The notes under the pieces were generated by a model that was given only the letters and a program-made list of their open reading frames with translations, was not told the DNA's origin and did no database searches. Positions 19,355-29,729 of a DNA stretch of 64,000 bases are shown in pieces. Both the position numbers and the translations under genes were made by a program. Origin of the DNA: Lachnospiraceae bacterium (GTDB lineage: Bacteria > Bacillota > Clostridia > Lachnospirales > Lachnospiraceae); NCBI GenBank assembly GCA_024692715.1, contig JAILMH010000073.1, forward strand, positions 1,171-65,170, written 5' to 3'. Position 1 is the first letter of the stretch, and each line of letters begins with the position of its first letter.

Positions 19355-19565
19355 TGACCCTCTTATTTTCTTTCGATGATGCGGCCTTTACAACAGAACG
19401 GATTGCTTTGGCAATTCTGCCCTGCTTTCCGATGACTTTTCCCATATCGCCGGGAGCAACACGCAGCTCAACGCTGATCGTATTATCATCCTCAGTCTCT
19501 GTCACAACCACATCAGACGGGTTATCGACCAGGGCTTTGGCAATGACTTCTACAAGTTCTTTCAT
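19335..19565 (-). CDS. khpA: KH-domain RNA-binding protein KhpA
   Basis: LV..IAKALVDNP, DMGKVIGKQGRIAKAIR; lies between rpsP and rimM. Confidence 0.93.
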   Translation of the reverse strand: MKELVEVIAKALVDNPSDVVVTETEDDNTISVELRVAPGDMGKVIGKQGRIAKAIRSVVKAASSKENKRVNVEIIQ

Positions 19566-19607
19566 CGGTACCTCCCTTTCCGTGTAATATTCACTGCGAG
19601 GCTTTAA

Positions 19608-19856
19608 TTACTTTGCAAGGATACCTGCATTCTTGAAAAGTCTTGTAACAGTTTCTGTAGGCTGTGCACCGTTAGCAAGCCACTTCTTAGCTGCCTCTTC
19701 GTCAATCTTAACTACTGCTGGCTCCTGAAGCGGATCGTATGTTCCGATGTTGTCAAGTGCGTTAGGTGTTCTGCATGAAGCTGCTGCATTTGTAACTACG
19801 ATTCTGTAGAATGGAGCCTTCTTCTTACCAATTCTCTTAAGTCTGATCTTTACCAT
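19608..19856 (-). CDS. rpsP: 30S ribosomal protein S16 (divergent central loop)
   Basis: [35 protein letters not shown]; position in the ffh-rpsP-khpA-rimM-trmD block. Confidence 0.96.
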   Translation of the reverse strand: MVKIRLKRIGKKKAPFYRIVVTNAAASCRTPNALDNIGTYDPLQEPAVVKIDEEAAKKWLANGAQPTETVTRLFKNAGILAK

Positions 19857-19930
19857 TTCTTAAATCTCCTTGTAAATAAAAATAAAAATTATCTATATTT
19901 CATTTGCTGATCTGCAAAGTGAAATCAAAA

Positions 19931-21289
19931 TTACTGCATGCCGCGCATCATATTTTTAAGTGCGCCGAGACCGCCAAATCCATGACGATTCTTCATCATG
20001 CCAGGCATCTTCTTCATCATCTTCTGCATCTGATTGAACTCTTTAACGAGTCTGTTCACATACATGATATCAACACCTGCACCCTTTGCGATACGGTGTT
20101 TACGATGAGGTGTAAGGATAGAAGGATTTGCTCTTTCCTTGGCTGTCATTGAATGAATGATCGCTTCGTTTCTTTTAAGAACCTTTTCATCGATCATCCC
20201 ACTTATATCCTTACCTCCTGTAAGCCCCGGAAGCATACTGAGGATCGAGCTTAAGCCGCCCATCTTCTTCATCTGCTCCATGCTTGTAAGGTAATCATCA
20301 AAATCAAATTTACCTTTTTTGATTTTTTGCTGCATACCCTGTGCAGCCTCTATATCCACGGTCTCAGTAGCTTTCTCGATAAGTGAAAGCACATCGCCCA
20401 TTCCTAATATCCTTGATGCCATACGATCCGGATAAAACTGTTCCAGGTCTGTAAGTTTTTCACCCATGCCGACAAATACTATCGGCTTACCGGTAACAGC
20501 TCTGATTGAAAGCGCTGCACCGCCTCGTGCATCGGAATCCATCTTACTGAGAACTACGCCGTCAATTCCGACCTTCTCATCAAATCCCTTTGCAACATCA
20601 ACTGCTGCCTGACCTGTACTTCCATCAACAACGAGCAGTGTATTCAAAATATCTACATTCTCACGGATTCTCACAAGCTCATCCATGAGATCTTCATCTA
20701 TCTGCTGACGACCGGCTGTATCCAAAATAACAACTGTATGTCCGTTCTTCTCAGCGTAAGCAATAGCTTCCTTTGCAATCACAACCGGGTCCTTGCAGTC
20801 TTCCATCTTGAAGACTTCTGCTCCGACCTTTTCGCCGTTTACTTCCAACTGCTTTACAGCAGCAGGACGATAAACATCACATGCAACAAGAAGGCTCTTA
20901 CGGCTCTTCTTTTTAAGAAGCGCAGCAAGCTTTGCTGTAGTCGTTGTTTTACCTGCACCATTAAGTCCGCACATCATAATAGTTGTAATGCTCTTACCCG
21001 GAGCAAAATTCAGCTCCGCAGGCTCACCCATAAGGGCAACCATCTCTTCATTAACAATCTTTATAACTGCCTGTGCAGGATTAAGTCCTTCAAGAATCTC
21101 TGTTCCGACAGCTTTTTCCTGAATAGACGATGTGAACTGTTTAACTACTTTGAAGTTAACATCAGCTTCAAGGAGTGCCATCTTGACTTCCTTAAGAGCT
21201 TTCTTTACATCATCCTCCGTAAGACGTCCTTTAGAGCGAAGGTTCTTGAATACATTCTGAAGTTTTTCTGTAAGGCTCTCAAATGCCAT
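19931..21289 (-). CDS. ffh: Signal recognition particle protein Ffh
   Basis: ALLEADVN, GLNGAGKTTT, DTAGR, SKMDSDARGGAA, ASRILGMGD, Met-rich M domain. Confidence 0.98.
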   Translation of the reverse strand: MAFESLTEKLQNVFKNLRSKGRLTEDDVKKALKEVKMALLEADVNFKVVKQFTSSIQEKAVGTEILEGLNPAQAVIKIVNEEMVALMGEPAELNFAPGKSITTIMMCGLNGAGKTTTTAKLAALLKKKSRKSLLVACDVYRPAAVKQLEVNGEKVGAEVFKMEDCKDPVVIAKEAIAYAEKNGHTVVILDTAGRQQIDEDLMDELVRIRENVDILNTLLVVDGSTGQAAVDVAKGFDEKVGIDGVVLSKMDSDARGGAALSIRAVTGKPIVFVGMGEKLTDLEQFYPDRMASRILGMGDVLSLIEKATETVDIEAAQGMQQKIKKGKFDFDDYLTSMEQMKKMGGLSSILSMLPGLTGGKDISGMIDEKVLKRNEAIIHSMTAKERANPSILTPHRKHRIAKGAGVDIMYVNRLVKEFNQMQKMMKKMPGMMKNRHGFGGLGALKNMMRGMQ

Positions 21290-21621
21290 TAAAGATCTCC
21301 CAATATCTCACCGGCCAGTTTTTCTATCTTAGAAGCTTCCGGTGTATTAATATCTCCAGCCAGATTATTAATTTCACTGACCATCAACTTTATTCTCTCA
21401 AATTTAGCGACCAGATGCAGTCTATTCTCATAATCCTCCAGAGCTTTTCTGCATCGTTTGACCATCGTCGAAACTGCCTGACGGCTGATACCATACTCTG
21501 CTGAAATCTCTGCGAGTGAAAGATCTTCCATTGTGTAATCTGCGAAGATCTGTCTTTGATGTTCACTCAAAAGTTCTCCGTAGAAATCGAATAGCATCGC
21601 TGTTCTTGCAAAATCTTCCAT
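21289..21621 (-). CDS. ylxM: YlxM (UPF0122) SRP-associated helix-turn-helix protein
   Basis: LFDFYGELL...Q, DLSLAEIS..YGISRQAV, L..YE..L.LV; directly upstream of ffh. Confidence 0.93.
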   Translation of the reverse strand: MEDFARTAMLFDFYGELLSEHQRQIFADYTMEDLSLAEISAEYGISRQAVSTMVKRCRKALEDYENRLHLVAKFERIKLMVSEINNLAGDINTPEASKIEKLAGEILGDL

Positions 21622-21656
21622 CTTTTCCTCAATCAGCTTATTTTTAGAACTATGCT

Positions 21657-21685
21657 ATAGTAACACACAAAAAGAGAGGTGTCAA
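21657..21685 (-). promoter_or_regulatory. Putative ylxM-ffh promoter
   Basis: TTGACA-17 nt-TACTAT with extended TG; the -35 lies in the stem of the upstream terminator. Confidence 0.65.
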
Positions 21686-21704
21686 CACCAAATGTTAACA
21701 CCTC
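21668..21704 (-). terminator. Intrinsic terminator of the threonine dehydratase gene
   Basis: GAGGTGTTAACA/TGTTGACACCTC stem followed by TCTTTTT. Confidence 0.75.
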
Positions 21705-21717
21705 CCGATTCTTTTAT

Positions 21718-22944
21718 TTAGAGCTTTGCGCGGACAAGTTTAGGTCTTAAACCTGCGTTATCAAGAGCCTTGATTATCTGATTTTTATGCTCTGTGCCAA
21801 ATGCCTCAAGCGTAACTTTAAGCTCAACCGCTTCATTTCTGTTTGTTGAAACAAACTGATTATGCTCAAGACGGATTACATTTCCATTTTCCTTTGCAAT
21901 AACGTGCGCAACTCTTTCAAGCTCACCCGGCTTATCCGGAAGAAGCACTGAAACTGTAAAGATCCTGTCTCTCTGGATAAGTCCATTCTGTACTACAGAG
22001 GACATCGTGATAACATCCATATTTCCGCCTGAAAGGATTGAAACAACCTTTTTACCCTTTACATCCAGCTGTTTTAATGCTGCCACTGTAAGAAGTCCGG
22101 AATTTTCAACCACAAGCTTGTGATTTTCAACCATATCAAGGAATGCCATGACAAGATCAGAGTCAGGTACGGTGATGATCTGATCAAGATTTTTCTGAAG
22201 ATAAGGGAAAATCTTGCTTCCCGGTGTCTTTACTGCAGTTCCGTCTGCAATCGTTGAAGCTGTAGGAAGTGTCGTCACCTTGCCGTTCTTAAACGAAGCA
22301 TTCAGACAAGCCGCACCTTCCGGCTCTACGCCTATGACCTTTGTATCAGGATGAAGAAGTTTAGTAAGTGTTGAAACACCCGTTGCAAGTCCGCCTCCGC
22401 CTACCGGAACAAGGATCACATCAACAGTTGGAAGCTCCTTGAATATTTCCATTGCAATAGAACCCTGTCCTGTTGCAACTCCCGGATCATCAAACGGATG
22501 CACAAAGGTAAGTCCCTGCTCTTTAGCAATTCTCATCGCTTCCTCAGCAGCATCATCATAAACATCTCCATGAAGCACAACTTCAGCACCAAGAGCCTTT
22601 GTGCGATTTACCTTTATCAGAGGAGTGGTCGTTGGCATAACGATCACCGCACGACATCCAAAAACCTTTGCTGCATAGGCTACGCCCTGTGCATGATTTC
22701 CGGCAGAGGCTGTAATGACACCTTTTGAACGTTCTTCGTCTGTCAGCTTACTAATTCGGTAATAAGCTCCGCGAATCTTGTACGCACCTGTTCTCTGCAG
22801 GTTCTCCGGCTTAAGATAAACTGTGTTTCCACACTGCTGTGAGAAAAAATCACTTTTAATGAGTTTTGTCTCCAGTGTAACTTCTTTAACCTTTTCAGAA
22901 GCTTCTTCAAAAGCCTGTAATGTCAAAAACTTTGTCTCACTCAT
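21718..22944 (-). CDS. ilvA: Threonine ammonia-lyase (dehydratase) with a single C-terminal ACT domain
   Basis: KPENLQRTGAYKIRGA (PLP Lys), ASAGNHAQG, PVGGGGL, SGGNMD, DKPGEL; start moved to ATG 22944 (GAAAGGA RBS). Confidence 0.93.
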   Translation of the reverse strand: MSETKFLTLQAFEEASEKVKEVTLETKLIKSDFFSQQCGNTVYLKPENLQRTGAYKIRGAYYRISKLTDEERSKGVITASAGNHAQGVAYAAKVFGCRAVIVMPTTTPLIKVNRTKALGAEVVLHGDVYDDAAEEAMRIAKEQGLTFVHPFDDPGVATGQGSIAMEIFKELPTVDVILVPVGGGGLATGVSTLTKLLHPDTKVIGVEPEGAACLNASFKNGKVTTLPTASTIADGTAVKTPGSKIFPYLQKNLDQIITVPDSDLVMAFLDMVENHKLVVENSGLLTVAALKQLDVKGKKVVSILSGGNMDVITMSSVVQNGLIQRDRIFTVSVLLPDKPGELERVAHVIAKENGNVIRLEHNQFVSTNRNEAVELKVTLEAFGTEHKNQIIKALDNAGLRPKLVRAKL

Positions 22945-23040
22945 CTGCTTATTTCCTTTCAAAACAATTAATGTTTCTACTATACCACTAATTTTACCAC
23001 TTTGCACCGTCAAAGTTGTAAAACATTACATCAGCAACGT

Positions 23041-23075
23041 AAAAGAGCCATCCGTACATATAGCACGAACAGCTC
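23041..23075 (-). terminator. Intrinsic terminator after ftsY
   Basis: GAGCTGTTCGT/ACGGATGGCTC stem (with G-U pairs) followed by TTTT. Confidence 0.7.
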
Positions 23076-23085
23076 TCTATGACTC

Positions 23086-23973
23086 TTAATATGCAGTTTC
23101 TTCGTTTTCAAAAAGACTTTCAACAAATTTGTCAGGATCAAATTTTTCAAGATCAGTAAGCTTTTCTCCAAGTCCGATATATTTGACAGGAATTCCAAGC
23201 TCATTCTGGATTGAAACGGCAATTCCTCCCTTGGCACTTCCGTCAAGCTTTGTAAGCACAAGGCCTGTAACGTGCGTTGCCTCAAGGAATTCTTTTGCCT
23301 GACTGAGCGCATTCTGACCAGTCGTTCCATCCACAACAACAAGTGTTTCCTTCTTTGCTTCAGGGTAACCATTTTCTACAATAGTATTGATCTTCTTAAG
23401 CTCGTTCATAAGGTTTTTCTTATTATGAAGCCTACCCGCAGTATCACAGATGAGCATGTCTGTTCCGCGCGCTTTGGCTGCCTGAATCGAGTCAAATATA
23501 ACAGATCCCGGATCTCCGCCCTCAACTCCATTGATGATATCTACATCAGCTCTTTCAGCCCAGATATCAAGCTGCTCGATAGCAGCTGCTCTAAATGTAT
23601 CAGCTGCAGAAAGAAGCACTTTCTTGCCCTGATTCTTATAAATTGCAGCAAGTTTACCAACAGTAGTTGTCTTACCTACTCCGTTTACACCGACAACGAG
23701 CACGACCGATTTATTATCCTCAAAGTCATACATATCGTCTGTTCTTACAGATTTAAGCATTTCCTTCATACTATCTTTTAAGAGCTCACGGCATTCTGAA
23801 GGTTCGCTGATCTTACGCTCCTTGACCTTTTTTCTCAGATCAGTCAGAAGCATTTCTGTAGTGTTAATTCCGAGGTCTCCCATTACAAGAGTTTCTTCAA
23901 GCTCTTCATAGAAGTCCTCATCAATCTCTTTATATCCTGTAAAAAAGCTGGCTAATTTAGAAAAAAATCCCAA
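23086..23973 (-). CDS. ftsY: SRP receptor FtsY (NG domain only)
   Basis: VGVNGVGKTTT, ADTFRAAAIEQL, DTAGRLHNK, TKLDGSAKGG. Confidence 0.97.
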   Translation of the reverse strand: MGFFSKLASFFTGYKEIDEDFYEELEETLVMGDLGINTTEMLLTDLRKKVKERKISEPSECRELLKDSMKEMLKSVRTDDMYDFEDNKSVVLVVGVNGVGKTTTVGKLAAIYKNQGKKVLLSAADTFRAAAIEQLDIWAERADVDIINGVEGGDPGSVIFDSIQAAKARGTDMLICDTAGRLHNKKNLMNELKKINTIVENGYPEAKKETLVVVDGTTGQNALSQAKEFLEATHVTGLVLTKLDGSAKGGIAVSIQNELGIPVKYIGLGEKLTDLEKFDPDKFVESLFENEETAY

Positions 23974-23996
23974 TGTGTTACCTCATTCCTTAAATC

Positions 23997-26900
23997 TTAG
24001 GCATATTCTTCATCTGTAAGGTCAACATTAACCTGCGTAGATACACCCTTTTCCTGCATTGTAATACCATACAGTCTATCTGCCTTCACCATAGTACCTC
24101 TACGGTGTGTAATGACTATGAACTGAGTATGATTTGTAAGCTTTGTCAGATATGACGCAAATCTGTCTACATTTGCCTCATCCAGCGCAGCCTCGATCTC
24201 ATCCAGCAGACAGAACGGCGAAGGCTTAAGATTCTGAATAGCAAACAAAAGTGCAATAGCAGAAAGAGCCTTCTCACCACCGGAAAGCTGCATCATATTC
24301 TGGAGCTTCTTTCCGGGTGGCTGAGCAATGATCCTGATATCTGTCTCAAGAAGATTTTCATTATCGACCAGTTCCAGAGTACCTTTACCACCACCAAACA
24401 ATTCCTTGAATACTATATCATATTGCTCGCCAATTTCCGAGAACTTTTCTGCAAACTGCCTCTTCATGTTGTCATCAAGATCCGCAATGACCTTTTCGAG
24501 ATCATCAGCCGCCTTTACAAGGTCATTTCGCTGATCATCCATGAAAGTATATCTCTCCATGAGATTTTTGTAATCCTCGATGGCATTTACATTTACAGCT
24601 CCGAGATCGCGGATATCATTTTTAAGTGAAGAAATACTCTTCTTCATCACAGCAAGATCTTTATCCTCCGGATTTCTCTGTGACTCAGCATCAGAAGGTG
24701 TCATCTCATACTCATCCCACATGTAGCTCTTGAGATTTTCCGACGCATCTTCAGCCTTTTCACGAATATTATCGATTCGGTAAATTTCCTTCTGGATACC
24801 GCTCTTCTTATCCGCAAGCTTTTCCCGTGAGCCAAAGAGTTCCTTTTGCTCCTTTGAAAGTTCTTCCTTCTTCTGGATCATATCATTGAGCTCAGTATTA
24901 CGCTCATCCGAATTATTTCCATCATCGACGAGCTTCTGCTGAAGATCAGCGATCTCGCGCTGCTTTTCCTCTGCATCAGCTGTATTTTCTCTGATATTTT
25001 TATTATTAGCTTCGATCTCTACATCACATCTGCGTATAGAAGATTCGATTCGCATAAGTTCCTGTTCCTGATACTTCTGCGCTTCTATCAAAGAAGCAGC
25101 TGCTTTATCCGCATCATTGATCTTTACTCTGAGCTCATTTGCCGCTGTATCCTTACGCTCACATTCGTTTGTAAGCGCATCAACATGCTCTGTGAGTTCT
25201 TTTTGAATGCGTTCCGACTCAGAAAGCTCTTCTCCAACCTTGGCTTTTGATTCAGTTATCTCGTGAATCTGTGCCTCGATCTCAGCCGTTTCTCTCTTTA
25301 AGCCATCAGTTCCTTCTTCTCGCTCATTTTTACGATCCTGAAGCCCCTTGAGCTTAAGGGCCGCTGTATTTCTGGCAATTCCTGCCTCCTGAATAGCCTT
25401 CTGCTTTTCAGTGCTTTCTTCCTTTGCTGTATATTCCTCATCTCTGAGTTCTTCTACACGCATAAGCACTTTATCTATATTTTTAAGAACCGCCTTGCCC
25501 TCATTAGTAAGAGCTTCGATCTCTCTCTGTCTGCCAAGCAGACCTGCATTGTTTGAACGATAAGCACCACCTGAGATCGAGCCGCCCGGATTAAGCACTT
25601 CACCACCGACAGTAACTATCCTGAGGCGATACCTGTACTTCCTTGCGATCTGAAGTGCATGATCCATATTATCAACAACAAGTATCGCTCCGAGAAGGTT
25701 GGCTGCAACCGCTGCATACTGGCTTTCTATCTTAACAAGCTTGTCTGCAGAACCGATTGCTCCTTCTTCTCTAAGCGCATCCGGCATACTTATATTTCTT
25801 GGCTGAATTGAAGTGAGCGGAAGAAAAGTTGCACGACCGGCGTGTTCCTGCTTCAGCAAAGCTATGAGTCTCTTGGCTGTTGCTTCATCCCTTGTGACAA
25901 TGTTCTGCATTGCACCGCCAAGAGCAGTCTCAATAGCGACCTCGTACTTAGCCTCAACCGTAAGAAGATCTGCAACTACACCACAGATTCCTTTTTCACG
26001 GTTTTTCTGCTCCATGACCTTACGGATCGCACCGCCATAGCCTTCGTAGCGTTCAGCCATGTTTTTTAAGGATTCAAGCTTTGATTTTTTTTCGTGGTAC
26101 TCGATCTCTAAGGCACGATGCTGTCTGTCGCACTCTGCAAGCTCTTCACCGATAGATCCGAGTTTAAGATCCGCTTTTGCCTTTTCATCTTCAAGAGTAT
26201 GTATTGTATTTTCTGCAGCGTCAAGTGCAGCTGCTGCATCACTTATCTCATGATCAAGCGTCTCTTCATCAGTCTTAGATCTAAGCACTCTGGCACTGAG
26301 TTCACTTTTACGGATCTCAGCCTGCTCCAGCATCGTCTCATATCTTCCGATCTTTGCCTGGATTCCAGATCTCGCATTAAGAGTTTCGATGATGCGGCTC
26401 TTGTCATTTTCTATACTGCTGTTAAGCTCTGAAATTTCTTTGTCAAGTCCCGCAAGTTCTTCCTTTACTTCATCAAGACCTTCCGTTCCTTCTTTCAATC
26501 TTTCATCAGCTTCAGCCTTTTTTGCCTTGACCGTTACAAGCTCGCTTTCAAGCTCTTCCCTGTCCTTTTTAAGCGCACCTATACGGCCCGTAAAGTGCTC
26601 ATTTGAAGCATTGATCGAATTGATCTTTTCTTTAAGGACGTTGATGTTTCCTTCGATCTGCCCTCTGAACAACGTTGCATTGGCAATCTCATTACGTTTT
26701 TCTTCGATACTGCTGTCAAGCTCTTCTATCTCTGTTCCAAGCTTTTCATACTCTGCACCGCTCTCATCATATTCCCTGACAGCCTCGGCAAGATCGCTTT
26801 CTGCAATTTTCTTTTTTGCATCTGCATCACGCATCTGCTCTTTGTAATTGTCTGTTTCGAGAAGGAATACATTTATATCGAGCTTTTTCAGCTCCTCCTT

Positions 26901-27554
26901 CTTCGAAATATACACCTTTGCCTTAGCCGACTGTTCTTCGAGAGGTCCTACCTGCTTTTCAAGCTCTGAAATAATATCATTAACTCGGACGAGATTATCT
27001 TTTTCCCCAGCAAGTTTTTTTAATGCTGCAGCCTTTCTTCTCTTGAATTTAACAATTCCGGCCGCCTCATCAAAAAGTTCACGACGTTCCTCTGCCTTTC
27101 CGGAAAGAATTTTATCGATCTGTCCCTGCCCAATAATCGAATAGCCTTCCTGACCGATACCGGTATCATAGAAAAGTTCTTCAATATCACGAAGTCGACA
27201 AGCGTTTCCGTTGATGAGATACTCACTTTCTCCCGAGCGATAAACGCGTCTTGCCACTGTAACTTCATCATAGTCAATGGATAACGCATGATCTGAATTA
27301 TCAAGGCAAATTGCAACATAGGCAAAGCCCATAGGCTTTCTCGTTTCTGTTCCGGAGAAAATAACGTCCTGCATCGAAGCTCCACGAAGCTCCTTGGCAC
27401 TCTGTTCACCAAGTACCCAGCGAACTGCATCTGCCACATTACTTTTACCGGAACCATTCGGTCCTACGATTCCTGTAATTCCGCTCTTAAAATTTAACTC
27501 TATTCTGTTTGCAAAGGACTTAAAGCCCTGAATCTCTATACTTTTGAGGTACAT
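23997..27554 (-). CDS. smc: Chromosome segregation protein SMC
   Basis: GFKSFA, GPNGSGKSNV, coiled coils with hinge GRATFLPL, LSGGEKAL, LLDEIEAALD, ITHR. Confidence 0.98.
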   Translation of the reverse strand: MYLKSIEIQGFKSFANRIELNFKSGITGIVGPNGSGKSNVADAVRWVLGEQSAKELRGASMQDVIFSGTETRKPMGFAYVAICLDNSDHALSIDYDEVTVARRVYRSGESEYLINGNACRLRDIEELFYDTGIGQEGYSIIGQGQIDKILSGKAEERRELFDEAAGIVKFKRRKAAALKKLAGEKDNLVRVNDIISELEKQVGPLEEQSAKAKVYISKKEELKKLDINVFLLETDNYKEQMRDADAKKKIAESDLAEAVREYDESGAEYEKLGTEIEELDSSIEEKRNEIANATLFRGQIEGNINVLKEKINSINASNEHFTGRIGALKKDREELESELVTVKAKKAEADERLKEGTEGLDEVKEELAGLDKEISELNSSIENDKSRIIETLNARSGIQAKIGRYETMLEQAEIRKSELSARVLRSKTDEETLDHEISDAAAALDAAENTIHTLEDEKAKADLKLGSIGEELAECDRQHRALEIEYHEKKSKLESLKNMAERYEGYGGAIRKVMEQKNREKGICGVVADLLTVEAKYEVAIETALGGAMQNIVTRDEATAKRLIALLKQEHAGRATFLPLTSIQPRNISMPDALREEGAIGSADKLVKIESQYAAVAANLLGAILVVDNMDHALQIARKYRYRLRIVTVGGEVLNPGGSISGGAYRSNNAGLLGRQREIEALTNEGKAVLKNIDKVLMRVEELRDEEYTAKEESTEKQKAIQEAGIARNTAALKLKGLQDRKNEREEGTDGLKRETAEIEAQIHEITESKAKVGEELSESERIQKELTEHVDALTNECERKDTAANELRVKINDADKAAASLIEAQKYQEQELMRIESSIRRCDVEIEANNKNIRENTADAEEKQREIADLQQKLVDDGNNSDERNTELNDMIQKKEELSKEQKELFGSREKLADKKSGIQKEIYRIDNIREKAEDASENLKSYMWDEYEMTPSDAESQRNPEDKDLAVMKKSISSLKNDIRDLGAVNVNAIEDYKNLMERYTFMDDQRNDLVKAADDLEKVIADLDDNMKRQFAEKFSEIGEQYDIVFKELFGGGKGTLELVDNENLLETDIRIIAQPPGKKLQNMMQLSGGEKALSAIALLFAIQNLKPSPFCLLDEIEAALDEANVDRFASYLTKLTNHTQFIVITHRRGTMVKADRLYGITMQEKGVSTQVNVDLTDEEYA

Positions 27555-28255
27555 TATTTGGCTGCCTCTAACTTTACAAGTGCTTCATATGCTGCGCGCT
27601 GTTCTGCGGATTTCTTTGAACTTCCTGTTCCCTGCGAAACCTTTTTATCATTGATCATTGCTGCTACCGTGAAACTTCTGTTATGCTCCGGTCCACTTTC
27701 AGCAACAAGGACATACGAAAGTTTATCTCCGCGCTTCTGTATACGATTCTGAAGATTCGACTTTGCATCATAAAAAAGTCGTTTCTTCTCCATATCAGTG
27801 ATGACGAATCTGTTTACAAAATTAGCCGCGGTTTCAAAGCCGTCATCACCGGCATCGAGATATATTGCTCCAATAACTGCTTCGAAAATATCTGAAACTA
27901 TTGAATCATGATATCTTGAGCCCTGGGCATCCTCTCCCTTACCGAGAAGAATAAAATCAGACAGGCTGATCTCTTGAGCGCAGAAAGCCAGTGTCGGCTC
28001 ACATACCAAAGCTGCGCGAAGCTGTGTCATTGCACCTTCATCCATTTCAGAATGGTTGTTATACAGAAAATCACTCACTGAAAGTTCCAGTACTGCATCG
28101 CCAAGGAATTCAAGGCGCTGGTAATCCGGATACTTGTTTACTGTAAGCTCATTTACATATGAACTGTGGGAAAGTGCTGATTTAAGAAGTGACTTATCTT
28201 TGAACGTATAACCGATCTTTTTTTCAAGATCTGATACTGGATACTGATTGTTCAT
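27554..28255 (-). CDS. rnc: Ribonuclease III
   Basis: ALSHSSY, RLEFLGDAVL, DIFEAVIGAIYLD, dsRBD with G.G.SKKSAEQ.AA. Confidence 0.97.
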   Translation of the reverse strand: MNNQYPVSDLEKKIGYTFKDKSLLKSALSHSSYVNELTVNKYPDYQRLEFLGDAVLELSVSDFLYNNHSEMDEGAMTQLRAALVCEPTLAFCAQEISLSDFILLGKGEDAQGSRYHDSIVSDIFEAVIGAIYLDAGDDGFETAANFVNRFVITDMEKKRLFYDAKSNLQNRIQKRGDKLSYVLVAESGPEHNRSFTVAAMINDKKVSQGTGSSKKSAEQRAAYEALVKLEAAK

Positions 28256-28311
28256 TTGTCGCTCCCTCCTATTTTCTTAAATTTACGCATTCTACTTTTC
28301 ATTATAGCGCA

Positions 28312-28340
28312 AAATGAGCCCCTTTGTCTCAAAGGGGCTC
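28312..28340 (-). terminator. Hairpin terminator after acpP
   Basis: GAGCCCCTTT/AAAGGGGCTC 10-bp stem, then ATTTT. Confidence 0.7.
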
Positions 28341-28369
28341 GCTGATTTATAAAGTTTTTTTTGTAAAAC

Positions 28370-28606
28370 TTATTTATTTTCGGAAGCTGCCTTGATCTGA
28401 GCTACAGCGTCAGCAACAGTAACGATCTTCTCAGCTGCATCTGTCTCGATGTTGATATCGAACTCCTGCTCGATTCCCATGATGATCTGGAATACATCAA
28501 GTGAATCAGCGCCAAGATCGTCAGTGAATGTAGTCTCCATTGTGATCTCATCCTTGTCAACGTTAAGTACTTCTGCAATGATGTCTTTTAACTTCTCGAA
28601 TTCCAT
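28370..28606 (-). CDS. acpP: Acyl carrier protein
   Basis: [10 protein letters not shown] phosphopantetheine motif, EQEFDI. Confidence 0.97.
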   Translation of the reverse strand: MEFEKLKDIIAEVLNVDKDEITMETTFTDDLGADSLDVFQIIMGIEQEFDINIETDAAEKIVTVADAVAQIKAASENK

Positions 28607-28654
28607 TTTTTGTAATTCCTTTCTTTTGTCTACAAATAATTTTTATTTGCCTTT

Positions 28655-29668
28655 TCAGGCATCCTTCAGGCTGATCATATCACGTATCTTCTCATTGATT
28701 CTTTCTTCTTTGAATGATACGCACTGAATAATTGAGTTTGTAACCTCTTTATTCTTTGAACTGCCGTGGGTTTTAACAACAAGACCTTTCAGTCCGAGCA
28801 GAGGGGCGCCGCCATATTCGCTTACGTCAAATTTTTTAAGGACCCCTTTCAATGCAGGTTTGATAAGAAGTGCTCCTATCTTACTGCGGAGTGAAGACAT
28901 GAGACCTGCTTTCATCTCATGTATCATAGTCAATCCTACACCTTCAAACATCTTTAGTGCAATATTTCCTGCGAAAGCCTCACAAACAACAACGTCTGCA
29001 GCTCCACTTGGAATATCTCTAGCCTCAACACTGCCAATGAAATTGATATCAGGACAATTTTTCAAAAGCGGATAAGTCTCCTTAACGAGAGCATTTCCCT
29101 TTTCTTCCTCTGTTCCGATATTCAGAATTCCAACTGTAGGATTCTTGATTCCGATTACATGCTCCATATAAACAGAACCCATCTTTGCAAACTGTATCAG
29201 ATGATCAGGCCTTGCGTCAACATTAGCACCGCAATCAAGAACAAGTGATACACCGTTTGATGTAGGGAAAAGCGGAGCAAGCGGAGGTCTTTCAACCCCG
29301 GGAATCCTTCCGACGATCACCTGACCGCCTACAAGAATCGCACCTGAGCTGCCTGCTGATACAAAAGCATCGCACGTTCCATCATGAACCAGCTTCATTC
29401 CAACTACAATTGACGAATCTTTTTTCTTACGTATTGCCATAACCGGAGGCTCTCCAGTTTCGATTACTTCGGTACATATGACCGGAATAATTCTTTCCTT
29501 CGGATATGAATATTTAGCAAGCTCAGCGTTGAGCGCTTCTTCGGTTCCAACGAGATATACGACAATGTTTTCACGAAGGTTAACCGCATCGACTGCACCT
29601 TTAACTGTTTCTACCGGTGCATTGTCACCGCCCATCGCATCTACTGCAACTTTAACGACTTCTGACAT
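28655..29668 (-). CDS. plsX: Phosphate acyltransferase PlsX
   Basis: VAVDAMGGDNAP, SAGSSGA, LDCGANVD, LNIGTEEEKG, GGAPLLGL..LVVKTHGSS. Confidence 0.97.
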   Translation of the reverse strand: MSEVVKVAVDAMGGDNAPVETVKGAVDAVNLRENIVVYLVGTEEALNAELAKYSYPKERIIPVICTEVIETGEPPVMAIRKKKDSSIVVGMKLVHDGTCDAFVSAGSSGAILVGGQVIVGRIPGVERPPLAPLFPTSNGVSLVLDCGANVDARPDHLIQFAKMGSVYMEHVIGIKNPTVGILNIGTEEEKGNALVKETYPLLKNCPDINFIGSVEARDIPSGAADVVVCEAFAGNIALKMFEGVGLTMIHEMKAGLMSSLRSKIGALLIKPALKGVLKKFDVSEYGGAPLLGLKGLVVKTHGSSKNKEVTNSIIQCVSFKEERINEKIRDMISLKDA

Positions 29669-29700
29669 AATACATCTCCCTTACTGCGTAAGCAATATTT

Positions 29701-29729
29701 AATATACAAGAGAGCTATTCAAAAATCAA
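29701..29729 (-). promoter_or_regulatory. Putative plsX promoter
   Basis: TTGATT-17 nt-TATATT with extended TG. Confidence 0.55.

Noticed and set aside
22945-23040. T-box or attenuator leaders for ilvA (also checked for asnA and the amino-acid ABC operon)
   Set aside because: Leaders are too short and have no T-box core sequence or leader terminator
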